From: the human T2T-CHM13v2.0 reference genome, Homo sapiens
DNA: 64,000 bases
Assembly (NCBI RefSeq): GCF_009914755.1
Contig: NC_060936.1
Reading direction: 5' to 3' (one strand)
Shown in pieces: positions 12,150 to 25,680 of this stretch. The position numbers and the translations under genes were made by a program. The notes beneath the pieces are model-generated. The model made no database searches. It saw nothing but the letters and a program-made list of their open reading frames with translations, and was not told the origin of the DNA. The stretch's first letter is position 1. The number at the start of each line of letters is the position of its first letter.

Positions 12150-12290
12150 CCCTCATTATCCCCTTTGTACAGATGAAGAAACTGAGGCTCAGAGAGTTTG
12201 GAGAATTTGCCCAAGGTCTCCCAGTTACTAAGTGGCAGAGCTGGGATTTGAACTGCCTGGAACCCTGAGTGCCTTTGTCACTCCTTTTCC
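12150..12290 (-). mobile_element. MIR SINE
   Basis: tacagatgaagaaactgaggctcagagag...ggcagagctgggatttgaac. Confidence 0.85.
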
Positions 12291-12431
12291 TCCTCTGAAG
12301 CTTGGACATCTCACAAGAGCCCTTCCTGTCAGGGTGTCACCCCGGAGATTGAATACCCCCCAGGCAAGGAAGCTCACTACTGTTCCAGGTGATTTGTCCC
12401 ATAATTGGGCACTGAGTGTCCACACAGCCCT

Positions 12432-12648
12432 GTTGAGCCTTGGCTCTGGTGTCTTCTGTGTCCACTCTTGAGGACGTGACCAGCTTGGTGGCCCCTGAGG
12501 TCACCAACCCTAACAGCTGGGTGAAGGAAAATCTCACCCATCTCCAAACAGACCCCACTGGCCATGCCCATTCACTCCTCCTGTCCCAAAAACTCTGCTG
12601 CCTTGAGGGTCTGGAGTCCTCGGCCTAAGGAGGGCCTTATGCTGTGTT
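12432..12648 (-). repeat. left arm of a ~200-bp inverted-repeat pair
   Basis: Reverse complement aligns to 13689-13919 (about 78% over the best ~94 bp, by hand). Confidence 0.8.
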
Positions 12649-13147
12649 GAAAATGACCACCCTGTGGCCTCTTTGAATGTGGGGACACGCAGACAAAGCA
12701 GAACCTTGTCCTCTACATGAAAACCCTTTTTGTGTCAGACAAGCCCTTTGCTGTGTAGAGAATCACTTCCTCCTTTCCAAGCCTCAGTTTCTTGATCTGG
12801 AAAAATGAGGACTACAGTGGCAGCTTTCTCAGCGGCTGAAATGAGATCTTGGTGTGACCATGATGCTGTTTTATGTGTACCAAGAGAAAGTGAGTGTGAT
12901 GTTAGGACCCTGAGATTTGGTGTATGACAGACCAGGCTTCGTACCCAGCACAGTACCTGGTGTGTTGCGGCTGATGGGAGGACTTGCTGGAGAAAGGTGT
13001 GAATCAGGGATCTGCTCTTCTGCCTTCTTGCCATCTCGGGCAAGTTCTGCAGCTGGCCGATCCTTGGGCCCTCTTCTATCGAGTGGAGATAATGGTACCT
13101 TCCCCATCACTTTGTATGAGACTTCAACGTGAACATGCCTTAAAATT

Positions 13148-13305
13148 ACACTTCTCAAACTTCAACCTGTGCATGAAACACCTTTTATTAAAAGAAATGC
13201 AGCTTCTACTGAGTAGATCTGGGTTGGGCCCATGATTCTGCATTTCTAGTCAGCTCCCAGGTGATGCTGAGGCTGCAGGTCTGCAGACCACATTTTGAGT
13301 AGTGA
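13148..13305. mobile_element. MER5-type (hAT-Charlie) fossil inside a MIR
   Basis: cttctcaaactt...ctgcatttctagtcagctcccaggtgatgctg...gaccacattttgagtag. Confidence 0.75.
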
Positions 13306-13688
13306 GTCATTGAAGCGCTTAGCACATTGCAAATGCTCAATAAATGCAAGCGATCTACAGCCTTAAATTTCTGTCTTTCCAGAGTTTCCTGTCTCCCAGC
13401 TTCCTTCCTCCACCCCCTGGTCCCTAATTCTCTTCCTGTTCCTGGGAGGCAAGGGCACTGGGGCCTCCTTCCCTCCCGAGAGTCCCTCAGCCTCGTGCCT
13501 GTCCCCACATGCTGCAGGGCCCATTTCACCCCTCCAGCCGCAGGGGCAGGTTCCTTCTGCCCATGGCTGCCTTGGGTAGGTTTTCAGGAACAGCTGCCAG
13601 CAGCTGAGATATAATGACTGCCTGGAGAGTCGTTAGGAGATAATTAATATTTGCAGCACAGAGCTGTGACTGCTAAGCCGCTCCCATC

Positions 13689-13919
13689 CACAGAACTGGG
13701 GCCTCCAGCTCTTCCCGGCTGAGGGTCCCAGACCCTAAGGGCAACACATCCTTGGGGCAAGAGGGGGACCCTGGAGGCAGGGGCTGCGGTATGGCCATTG
13801 GGTTCTGTTTCGGGAGGTTCTGTTTCCACTCAGCTGCTAGGGTTGGTGACCTCTGGAGGCTTCCAGGCTGGATACAGCATCAAGAGTGGTCAACGAGGGC
13901 ACCAGGGCCAGGGCTTAAG
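13689..13919 (+). repeat. right arm of the inverted-repeat pair
   Basis: cagctgctagggttggtgacctc...tcaagagtgg...caccagggccagggcttaa matches the reverse complement of 12432-12648. Confidence 0.8.
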
Positions 13920-14010
13920 GTGGCCACAGCCCCTCCTTGCACCTGAGGCCAGCTGGCCTTTGGCGGTTGCCATGGTGATGGTCGTCCCCAGCAGTTGGGC
14001 AAGGACGTTG

Positions 14011-14034
14011 CAGCAGCAGCAGCAGCAGCAGCAG
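14011..14034. repeat. (CAG)8 trinucleotide repeat
   Basis: Direct count. Confidence 0.95.
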
Positions 14035-14574
14035 CTGTGTGTGACTGCATGAGAGAAAGACGGTCCATCTCGGCTCCCGGCTCCCCTCCGGCTCTCCATC
14101 TGTGAGGGGCAAACATCTCAGCCACCCAAAGTCACCCCCGTCAGTGCTTATGTCAGAGACAGCTCCAGCTGGAGGTCTGGGCTTTCGTCTGCCACCGGGC
14201 ATTTGTTTTGGTGTGGTTTGCACCGTGACTCAGCCAGAGCCTGATCACTCTCCCAGCTCACATGCTTAGCAGCTGCAGGACCCTGCTAGACCATCACACT
14301 TTCCAGGGCCTCAGTGGTCAGGTCTATAAAATGGGGCTAATCACACCCAGAAGGTTATGGTTAGGATTAAATGAGATAAGGTTTGTAAACAAGTAGTTCT
14401 CTTTGGGAATAGAATGTTGTTGTTGCCAGATGGTGGGTCCCAGAAATTTAAGAGGGAAGGGACTTCTCCTATGGCATGTATTCACTTCATTTATTAAGTG
14501 CCTCCTGTATACTAGCACTGTGTTCCATTTGTGAAATATATTCCTTCATCTGTTGATTCCTTCCAGGACACCAG

Positions 14575-14990
14575 CTGCCTCATCTCAATTAATTCTCACA
14601 GTGTGTAGGAAGGCCCTATCATCCCCACTCTACAGATAAGGACGCCAAGGCTCAGAAGGTCACACAAGGCTCAAGAGATCACAGCCCCATGGTTACACAA
14701 TGAGAATGCTGCAGAGCTGGAGTTCCAACTCCCAAGCCTACTCTTTTCTCTCCACATCACAGTTCTAACTTGCCTTCGGTTTGCCAGGAAAACCTGCATT
14801 CAAATCCCAGCTCAACCGTACCCTTGCTGTGTGACCTTGGCCAAACGATCTCTGAGATTCAGTTGCTTCTCTGTAGAATGAGGAAAATAGCAGAATCTGC
14901 TTTATAGGGTACTGTATGGATTAAATCAGATGTGTGTCAAGTGTTTAGTATACAGTAAATGTCCACTAATTGCAACTATGATTTTCATTG
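14575..14990. mobile_element. two MIRs in opposite orientation (about 14575-14730 minus, 14790-14990 plus)
   Basis: tacagataaggacgccaaggctcag; ttcaaatcccagctc...gctgtgtgaccttgg. Confidence 0.65.
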
Positions 14991-15169
14991 TTGTTATCAT
15001 TAGTATTTCTCTACCTGTGGGGAGTTGGACCCCATGATCTCCAAGTTCCCAGCTCGAGCTCATATCCACATGTGGGTTGGAGTGCCTCTGATCTTTAATA
15101 TTTTGGGGTTTGGGCTGGCTCCTGTGGCTGGGAGATAAGCCTTTTGGGAAGGATGATGGCAAGAGGGTC

Positions 15170-15480
15170 TGACATTTCCGGATTCCCTCAGCCTGCTTTC
15201 TGATCATATGCCTGTTCCTGCCACGCAGCATTAGGCAGGGTGTGTGAACATAGAGGGGGGCTGGGGAGGGAAGGGGGGAGCCTTTCCCTGGGAGGCTGCC
15301 TTCTGTCGCTAGACAAACAAACACGCAGTACCCACGCTCGTTTGGAAATGGAGCAAGGCGTTAAATACAAGCAAACAGCGGAGGCCGAGGCGGAAGGCCA
15401 GCTTCCTTGAGCTTCCTTGGACCTAGTGGGCTGCTGCCGCCGGCAGTAGCTACTCAAGAAGCAGCTCACGTTCCCTGGTG
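15170..15480. promoter_or_regulatory. candidate enhancer (FOX/ETS motifs, CpG-enriched)
   Basis: ATTTCCGG 15174, ACAAACAAACA 15313, AAGCAAACA 15369, many CpGs, repeat-free. Confidence 0.4.
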
Positions 15481-15699
15481 CCTGCTGCTTGCAGCCCAGG
15501 CTGACCCAGCCTTGCTTCAGAGAGCAACTGGAGGTTCACACGGGCTGCAGTGTTTGCCTGGCATCTGCCACGGCCTAACTGGAGGGGAGTGAGGGGCCTC
15601 CAGAGGTCATCACGGTAGCCCCCACTTCCAAGGGGCGTTTTCAGGCTGAGAAATAGCCACGGTCTGCCTCATGCTCACATGGCCCCTCCAGCATGGCTA

Positions 15700-16679
<980 letters not shown>

Positions 16680-16747
16680 TTATATTGATTTAGGCTTGTG
16701 TTATCCAATAAGTATTCATTGTGGCTCTTTAAATTAAAATGAAAATT

Positions 16748-17094
<347 letters not shown>

Positions 17095-17134
17095 TCAGGT
17101 GCTCAAAAGCCACATGTGGCCAGTGCTGGTGAAA

Positions 17135-17280
17135 CCAGCAGGTCTCAAATTTAATATACACAGGAGTCACCTGGGAATCGGGTTAAATGCAGATTCAGGT
17201 TTGGGAGATCTGTAGTGAAGCCCAAGACTCTACATTCCTGAGGCTGTTCCAAGGTCTGCAGACCACACTTTGAGTAGTGC
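17135..17280. mobile_element. MER5-type fossil
   Basis: cagcaggtctcaaattt...gagtcacctggg...gaccacactttgagtag. Confidence 0.7.
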
Positions 17281-17290
17281 CCGTCTGGAA

Positions 17291-17972
<682 letters not shown>

Positions 17973-18199
17973 TAGTCTTAAGGAATGCATTTTCACCTTT
18001 GCCCTTCCTGTTTTTTTTTTTTTCTTCCCCGGCTCCTGAGTTGTTTCTTGGGCATTTTTCACTCCAACTAGAGGGTAAATTTTTGGCAGGAGGGTCTGTG
18101 CCAGCCGGCCCCCTTGATCCACCATAGCACAGAATATGATGGTGCTCCATTTATATGAGCCTGTCCAGCAGCACCTGATGCTCCTGAAGAAACAGGATC

Positions 18200-18670
18200 T
18201 TTTTATTCCCTCTTGGAACTCCCCTTTCCCCTATGCTTGGGCCACGTGTCTTGAAGGGGGCTCACCTTCCTGAGCTCGGTGATTGGTTATGTGATCCAGG
18301 TCTGGCTAATCAGACCATTCCATTCCATCCTCAGATTATTGATTGGTTAGGTGACAACCACATGACCGAGCCTGGCCAATGAGAGGTAGTCCTTGAACTT
18401 TGATGGAATTAGCAGGAGAGTTGGGCTGGACCTGAAGGATATAAAAGACATAAACCAGGAGGTACTGGGCCTCCCTGTGGAGGGAGTCTGAGGATGAAGC
18501 CTACTGAGGAGAAGAGAGCTGGGGTGAGGTGGAACGAGACGAGTGCCTGACAATAGCTGAGCTCTGGATCCAGCCTTCCAGATCATCTGCCATCATCTGG
18601 CTTTTTCAGGGTGTGGAAGACAGATCAAGTCTAAAGTCTTAGTTGAAACTGCTAAGAAGAAGAGATCCTC
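18200..18670 (+). mobile_element. MaLR LTR (MLT1K/L-like)
   Basis: gattggttaggtgacaaccacatgacc...ggccaatgaga...ctctggatccagcc. Confidence 0.55.
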
Positions 18671-18743
18671 TGTCAATCTTTTCATTTAATGGGAAAACAC
18701 CAGGCAGTGCGAAGTGTCTCTATCTCTGGACATTTGTGGTATA

Positions 18744-19333
18744 TGAGGTACAGGCTATTTTCCAAAAATGGCGATAGCCATATTTCCGATCCCATGTGTT
18801 TTCCCAGAACCTCACCACTTCCCAAGTAAGAGATGGAGTCTATTTCCCTTCCCTTTAAACCTGTGTAACTTTGTGATGACTTCAATGAACAGAATGAGGC
18901 AGAAATGACACTGCACGATTTTTAAGGCTAGGTCCTAATAGTTAATAGGGCTTCCATCTGCTCTCTCTCTCTCTGTCTCACACTCTCTCTCTTTCTCAGG
19001 ACACTTGCCCTTGGAACCGAGCCGCCTTGTTGTGAGGAAGCCCAGTCCACGTGGAACGGCATATGTAGGTGTGCTGGCCGACAATCCAGTTGAGGTCCCA
19101 GGCAGCAGCCGGCATTGGCCACCAGACAGGTGAATGACATGAGTGAACTGTCCTTCAGGTGACTCTAGCCCAGCCTTTGAGTCTTGAAGCTGATGCCAGT
19201 GAAACAGAGACAGGCCGTCCTTACCAAGCTCTGTCCAAATTGCATATTCATGAGCAAAATAAGTGGTGCCATTGTTTCAAGCCACTGTGTTTGACCAATA
19301 GATGTCTGTTATGAAGCAATAGATGAGCCAAAC
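18744..19333 (+). mobile_element. MaLR solo LTR (MLT1G-like)
   Basis: ttttccaaaaatggc...gttgtgaggaagccca...aaattgcatattcatgagcaaaataa...gcaatagat. Confidence 0.75.
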
Positions 19334-19429
19334 AGGCATCCCCTATGCCGAGTGCAACCAGATTTTTGCTATTTTATTGTGTCTTTTCTGAATAAGGAAG
19401 GGTGGAGGCTCCCTGGCATAGCTTTTGTT

Positions 19430-19610
19430 TTCACCACCTGCTATGCACAGTATTTCTTGTGTTTTAGTTTATTCCATCAGGGTCCTTCCTATTGGAACCC
19501 CCAAAGACCCCGTGAGTTGATGACGGGTGGGGCCGATTGCCTCCATTTCACAGATGAGAAAACAGAGGCTCAGAAAGCTACAGAGTCTTGCCCAGGGTGA
19601 GTCAGTGGGT
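19430..19610 (-). mobile_element. MIR SINE
   Basis: ctccatttcacagatgagaaaacagaggctcaga. Confidence 0.7.
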
Positions 19611-19724
19611 GAAGGCGAGGGGGGGGGGGGGTCTGGAAGCCAGATTACTATAGCCTTCCATGGGGGCTCTGCCAACTAGACCTCGTGAATGGGTCTGGAG
19701 GGGATAATGGGGGTCAGAGAATTC

Positions 19725-20240
19725 TTTTTTTTAAATTGAGGTGACATTACATAACAAAAGTAACAATTTTAAAGTGAACAATTCAGTGGCATCTAGTCAT
19801 TCTCTGTTCCTCCTTTCCCCCAGCCCTTGGCAGCCACGGATCTGCTTTCTGCCCCCTGTGAATTTGCCTATTCTGGGTATTTTATAGAAATGGAATCGTA
19901 TAATATGTGACCTTTGTGTCTGGCCTCTTTCACTTATGATGTTTTCAAGGTTCATCCTCATTGTATCATGTATCAGAACTTCATTCCTTTTCATAGCTGA
20001 ATAATATTCCATAGTGTGGCTAGACCACATTTTGTTTAATCCATTCAACCGTGAATGGATACCTAGGCTGTTTCCATCTTTTGGCTAGTGTGAGCAGTGC
20101 TGCTATTAACATGCGTGTGCATGTACTTGAGCACGTGTTATCAATTTTTTTTTGTGTACATAGCTAGGAGTGGAGGTGCTGGGTCATATGGTGACTCTAT
20201 GTTTAACTTTTTGGGGAGCCACTAAACTGTTTTCTGCAAG
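19725..20240 (-). mobile_element. L1MB 3' end
   Basis: Minus-strand ORF translates to the L1 ORF2p C-terminal motif KMWSSHTMEYYSAMKRNE. Confidence 0.85.
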
Positions 20241-20344
20241 AGAGCGGATTCCCTCCTAGCTTCATGACCACAGTGAGTGAGCCAGTCTGAGCAATAAATA
20301 TATTTGGTCAAAAGGGAAAGAGAAGAAAGAAAGTGTGAAAACCA

Positions 20345-20670
20345 TATTGTATTCATTCATTCAACAATTACTTGTTGAACTTGATTCAACAGTGGGTGCT
20401 AAGGAAGGACTAAGAAAGAAAAATTTTCTGCCATCGTTGAGATGTGAGATGATGTTCTAGTTGCAGAGAGAGAGACAGACAATTTCAGAGTCACAGGTGC
20501 TATGAGGAGAATAAAGTGAGATTCCATGACAAATAGGGATTGGAGATGCTATTTTTGAGGTTGTCAGTGAAGGACTGTCTTGGAGGTGACATTTAAGCTG
20601 AGACCTGAAGGGTGAGATGGAGCCGGCTATGAAGGCAGAGAGGATGGAACAAGAACAAAGGCCTGAGGCT
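20345..20670 (-). mobile_element. L2 fragment
   Basis: attcattcattcaacaattacttgttga...gaggtgacatttaagctgagacctgaag. Confidence 0.7.
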
Positions 20671-20769
20671 GAGAGTCCTTAGCTTTGCTTGGTAGGGTCA
20701 AGTTCTAGCTCCAGTATTAATTCCCCATGGGAGAACCTCAGTTTCCTCACCTTGAAAATGGGCAGACTG

Positions 20770-21326
20770 AATATGGAATCAACCTAAGGGCCCATCAATA
20801 GATGAATGGATAAAGAAAATGTGGTGGATATATACACAATGGAATATTAGCCATGAAAAAGGATAAAATCCTGCCATTTGCAGCAACATGGATGGAGCTG
20901 GAGGTCATCATGTTTAAGTGAAACAAGCCAAGCTCACAAAGACAAGTATTGCATGCCCTCACACATATGTAGGCTAAAAAAAAGTGGATCTCATGAAGAT
21001 GGTAGATTGGAGGTTACCGGAGGCTGGGAAGGGTGAGGAAGGGAGGATGAAGAGAGCTTGATTAATGGGTACAAATACATACTTAGATGGCAGCAATAAG
21101 ACCCAGTGGCCAATAGAGCTGTAGCGTGGCTATCATTAACATTAATTGATTGTACATTTCAAAATAGCTAGAAAAGAAGAATTCGAATGTTCTTGGAGTA
21201 AAGAAAAGATAAATATTTAAGGTGGTGGATATCCCAGTTACCCTGATTTGATTATACACATGTATCAAATGATCAAACATGTACTGTAAAATATGTACAG
21301 TTATTATATACCAGTAAAATTAAAAA
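20770..21326 (+). mobile_element. L1MA 3' end
   Basis: gaatcaacctaag...gcagcaacatggatggagctggagg...tacatttcaaaatagctagaa. Confidence 0.85.
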
Positions 21327-21398
21327 TTGTTAAAACGTTGGCATCATATCCAAAATCGACCCTACCTCCCTGGATGGGGTGGAGATGATAATGCAGAG

Positions 21399-21942
21399 GA
21401 GATGACTGAGGCTCAGAGAAGTGAAGATACTTTCTCAAAATCACAATTCAGTGAGAGGAGGGGCCAGGATTTGAACCCTGAGCTGTTGGGAATGTTCGGG
21501 ATTAACCTAGTCTTGCCATTGGGTGTGTGTTGGGGTGGGGGTCAGGGGCTGGTACAGCTATGGGTTTGGGGAAACAGCCCCTGGGATGCTCCATGCTGTA
21601 AAGGAACACCACCTTCCTCCCTGTGAGGACATGGTGTGAGGGCATTGTCTTCCTGCTGTCCAAGTGAGGAAGATGGAGATTGTGAGGTTTGCCAAACAGT
21701 GAGCCAACGGTGGAGCCAAGTTCTCTTGGCTTAGGTCATAATGTCAGCTTCCAGCTACCCAGGTCTTAGGAGGTACTTGGTGCTGTTCTGAGCATTCTGG
21801 TATGCTCCGTTACTTCTGACACTCTCTGGGAGAGGTACCGTGATTATCCTCATCTTCCAGATGAGATGACTGAGGCCTGGAGAAGTGAAGACACTTTCTC
21901 CAAGTCACAGCTTGGTGAGGGGAGGGGCCAGGATTTGAACCC
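21399..21942. repeat. pair of 80-bp direct repeats of a MIR segment (21399-21478 and 21863-21942)
   Basis: 69/80 identical, ungapped, by hand. Confidence 0.85.
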
Positions 21943-22394
21943 AGGCCCGACTGCCTTTATAGCCTGTGTTCTGAGTCACGGGCTAAGTGCTGTACTGCCT
22001 CCCATGGCCTCAACCGCCGGCTGGGCTCCAGGGATGCCATGGTTAGAGGAGGGGCTGCAATCCCCAGAAAAGGGAGTGGCTCAGGAGCTTGTACTCACCC
22101 CAGCATGCGCACCCATGCGCCGCACACACTCCGACACATGCACCCTCCAGCTCAAATAGGTGGACGTGCTTGGGAAAACCATGGAGTAAGTGAGCCCCAC
22201 AGAGAGGGACCGTGAAATCCCTGTTGCCGCCGGGGCCACCAGAATGGTTCAGACACAGAATTCTTCTCTCTCACTTGCTCTGTGTGTCTCATTCTCTGCA
22301 AAAAGCGTCTTCACCAAGAGATGCGTTGGAAAAGGAAAGAAATGTGTTCAAGTATGTTGTCATGGCACTGGGGCAGAGAAGATACAGGAAGGTC

Positions 22395-22627
22395 ATGTGT
22401 GTGTGTGTTCAACTGTGGGCATACGTGCAAGTGTGCAAGGTGTGGGGGTTGTGCAAGCGTGTTAGTGGTTGGTGTGTGAATGAGTGTGTGTGTGAGTGGA
22501 GAGTGTGTCCTGGTATATGTATTGTGTGCGCATGAGGGTGTAGGTGGGTGCCTAAGTGTGTATGTGAGTGTGTATACATTCTAGCATGAATGCTGTGAGC
22601 ATGTGTGAATGGTGTGTGTGTGTGTGG
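22395..22627. repeat. degenerate (TG)n-rich tract
   Basis: Direct reading. Confidence 0.85.
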
Positions 22628-23051
22628 GACAAGGCGGGGGAGACAGACCTGGCACTGGGGGCAGGGGACAGAGGCTCCACAGGCTCTTTCCCACATGACA
22701 GGGGGACTCTAATTCCCAGGGAGACCCCTGCGCTTGCTTTGGAGGAGGTGAACAAAACTGCAGCCTCTCTTTCCAGAGCCCCTCAATCTCGTGACCTCTT
22801 TCTTCCTGGCCCCTTCATTCCTAGCCTGGGTTCCGTCTCTCTGAGAGAGTTCTTCCAGCTGATCTGATGGAGTGGCCCACGGAAATAGTAACAGTATTAA
22901 CAGTGGACACCCAGGAATCTCAGTGCCAGGCACTGTTCTAAGCGTTGTATTCTGCTCCCAGTGACCCTAACAGGTAGGCACTAGTGTCGTCCCCATTTTA
23001 CAGACAAGGAAGCTGAGCCTATTTCAGGACAGGGTCGTTGGATTTCTTAAC

Positions 23052-23205
23052 ATAGGGGCAGGCAAACTTTTTTCTGAGGGGACGGATAGTAAATGTTTTA
23101 GGTTTTGTGGCCATAGGGTGGGTCTTTTTCGCAGCTCCTACACTCTGCAGTAGTAGCAACAATGTAGCCATAGAGATAAACGAACAGGCGCATGCACGTG
23201 GGTTG
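23052..23205 (+). mobile_element. MER58A-like (hAT-Charlie) fossil
   Basis: ggcaaacttttttctg...gatagtaaatgttttaggttttgtggccata. Confidence 0.7.
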
Positions 23206-23287
23206 TAGTGTACTGACTCCGCCTTAACCTGCAAGAGTGGTAAATGGTGGGATTTTAGGCACCACAGTAGATATGTTCGTGGGAGAT

Positions 23288-23770
23288 ATATTCAGTCATT
23301 TGATCACTAAGTCATTTATTGCATGCTGTGTGCCTGGCTCTGTGCTAGCAATAGAGAGAAAACTGTGGACAAGACAGACCCCGTTTCTACCCCCAGGGCT
23401 TGCCAACAAATAGATGGGGTGTCCTGGGGTGGCATAACCTCCAGGTACAAGCACTTTATCCTATGTTGTGAGCAGGGAAGGCTTCCTGGGGGAGGTGACT
23501 TCAAAACTGGTACCCAAAGGATAAGTGGTTGGGGGAGACAGTGGGGCTGGTATGGGGTTACAGAAAGTCTCCCCGACAGTAAGAACAGGGGGAAAGGCCA
23601 GAGGTCAGACAGGGCTGATGGGAAGTGCATCTGACAGGATATTTGGGATGTGGGTGGGGCCTTGTAGTCTCCGGTGTGGATTGTATTGGGAGGGAATGGG
23701 GAGCCATGGAGGGATTAAGCGGGTGAGCAGCCACTTCCCTGGCTTCTGAGAGAGGCTTCTCTGGCTTTCA
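23288..23770 (-). mobile_element. L2 fragment
   Basis: catttattgcatgctgtgtgcctggctctgtgctag...ggaaggcttcctggggggaggtgac. Confidence 0.6.
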
Positions 23771-23929
23771 TCCCCAGGCCCTATTCTCAGCCGGTACATA
23801 GAACTTGACCGTTTAGCTGCTGGCTGAAAGCAGGGACCCTCCCTGTTTTCCGCCCTGCCGCATCTTGTATCTAACGTTTCCTGGCAAAGGCTAAGCCTTC
23901 CTGCACAACAGCAGCTATTCTTAATAATC

Positions 23930-24088
23930 TTCACGTATTTATGTGCCCATGTAGCATCTGTCCCTCTCCTGCACAAGAATGTCAGCTCCAGGAGGGCAAG
24001 GGTGTTGTCTGTTTTGTTCACTTCTGTATCTCTAGTGTCTAGCACAGCTCTGTGCACAGACTAGGTTGTCAGTTAATATTTATTGAAC
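23930..24088 (+). mobile_element. L2 3' end
   Basis: agaatgtcagctccaggagggcaagg...tctgttttgttcac...aatatttattgaa. Confidence 0.75.
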
Positions 24089-25310
24089 CTGAGATTTTAT
24101 GTCCTTGGCTGAATCCTGGCTGATCATGGGGTGAGAGCCTTTGGCCTGTCCCCTTAAGAGCCTCATTTTCCCTTCCCCTCCTCTTGTCCCAGAAGTTAAT
24201 TAAGTGCTCTGCCTCTGGAGGGTGAATCCCATTATCAGCTGCACCCCCCCGACCCCAACATCAGCTGTGTGTTTACTTGTTTATGGTGCGTCACCTTCCA
24301 CCCCCAATTAAGCTCTGGGACCTATCGTCTTATGCGCTGCTGCATCCCCCACAGCCAACACATAGTAGGTGCTCAATTAGCTTATATCGAATGAATGACT
24401 TGCCATCTCCCTTAATACACGCCTTTGCAAGGAAGAGAAGAAAGATTGGGAAACTGTGATGGGAAGGGTGATCTGGCAAGTCCGCAAAGCAAGCTAGAGC
24501 TGGATTATTTGCCTGGAAGGGGGATGGTGTGGAAGGAAGGAAGCACGCCATGCCCCTCCTGCAGGGGTCACGGACACAAGCCTGTTGAGAGACAGGGGCA
24601 GGGACACTGTGGCGTTTGGCTTTCCTTCTTCAGGTGCAGTGAATCGTGTTTGAGAGATGAAGCCATGCAGGGAGGCTTGCTTTCTGGCTGAGACCTTTAA
24701 AGCCAGCAGCCTCTGAGCTCATCCAGGGTACGTTCTTCAGCGTTTCCGATGTCCTTGGCTCAGTCGGGCCATCTTGGTGGCAGCTGCCCGGAGCTGGAGG
24801 AGAACAGGCCTCAATGTCTCCTATTATTACTGGAACGTCAAGTACCCCTGAAGTGGAGGGCAAGGCTGGCCCTGTCTGCCAGCGACAGGGCGCGGTAACT
24901 CAGCCACCTGGGACCCCAGCTGCTCAGGCCTGAGGGTGAGGTGCTGACGTCCTCCACCTCCCTTCCTGATGGGCACAGCCGCCTGGCCTGGTTCACCCGG
25001 CTCTCTTTACCTCCCCCTCCCTGGCCATCTCTTCTTCCTGCTTGCCAATGGCCTCATTATCCCAAAGGGTGAGCTGTGTGTCCTCGCTGGCAATGGTCTT
25101 TGTGACCCAGGCCTCCTCCAGCCCCCAGACCTCCCAAGTATCCCCGTCTTGGCTGCAATGAGCTTCCACAGAGGTCAGCCAAGCCCAAGCATTTTCTGAG
25201 ACAGACCTGGGTCAAACCTGTGCCTTGTGACTCTGGGCAAGTGACCTTCCCTCTCATCTGTCGTAGGGGCTTGATTTTCAGTGACAATGTTCTGGGGTCG
25301 TTTTGCAGGT

Positions 25311-25680
25311 TGTTCTAGGTCGGGCCCCTCAGAAGCAAAGCCTGGGACATGGATGGGGTGTATAGGATTTATCTGGGGAGTGGGCTTGAAAGGAAAACCT
25401 CAAAAGGAGGGGAGACACAGGATAGGACCCGGGGAGGGGCTGAGCAAGGGTGTGGTCCCTGCTTTGGGCCTAATCCCACAGGGGCTCTGGAGCATAAATT
25501 GAGCTTGAAGTCATCCCACCTTAGCAAGGGGGCCAGGTGTGAGTCTATGTTGATGGCTACTCAGGGAGGGGTGGGGGTGTAAACACCCAGGCATCGGCTC
25601 ACATCAGCAGAAGGCAAATCTCTAAGAAGGGGGCAACTCCAGCAGCCACGGGGATCTGACAGCCCCAACAACATCTACTA
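25311..25680 (-). mobile_element. ERVL-class LTR (LTR16/LTR33-like) inside a MIR
   Basis: tgttctaggtcgggcccctcagaagcaaagcctgggac...gatttat. Confidence 0.5.

Noticed and set aside
13798-14052. polyQ-containing 84-aa ORF
   Set aside because: Non-ATG start, short, no splice context; the CAG run reads as Q, A, S, C or L depending on frame
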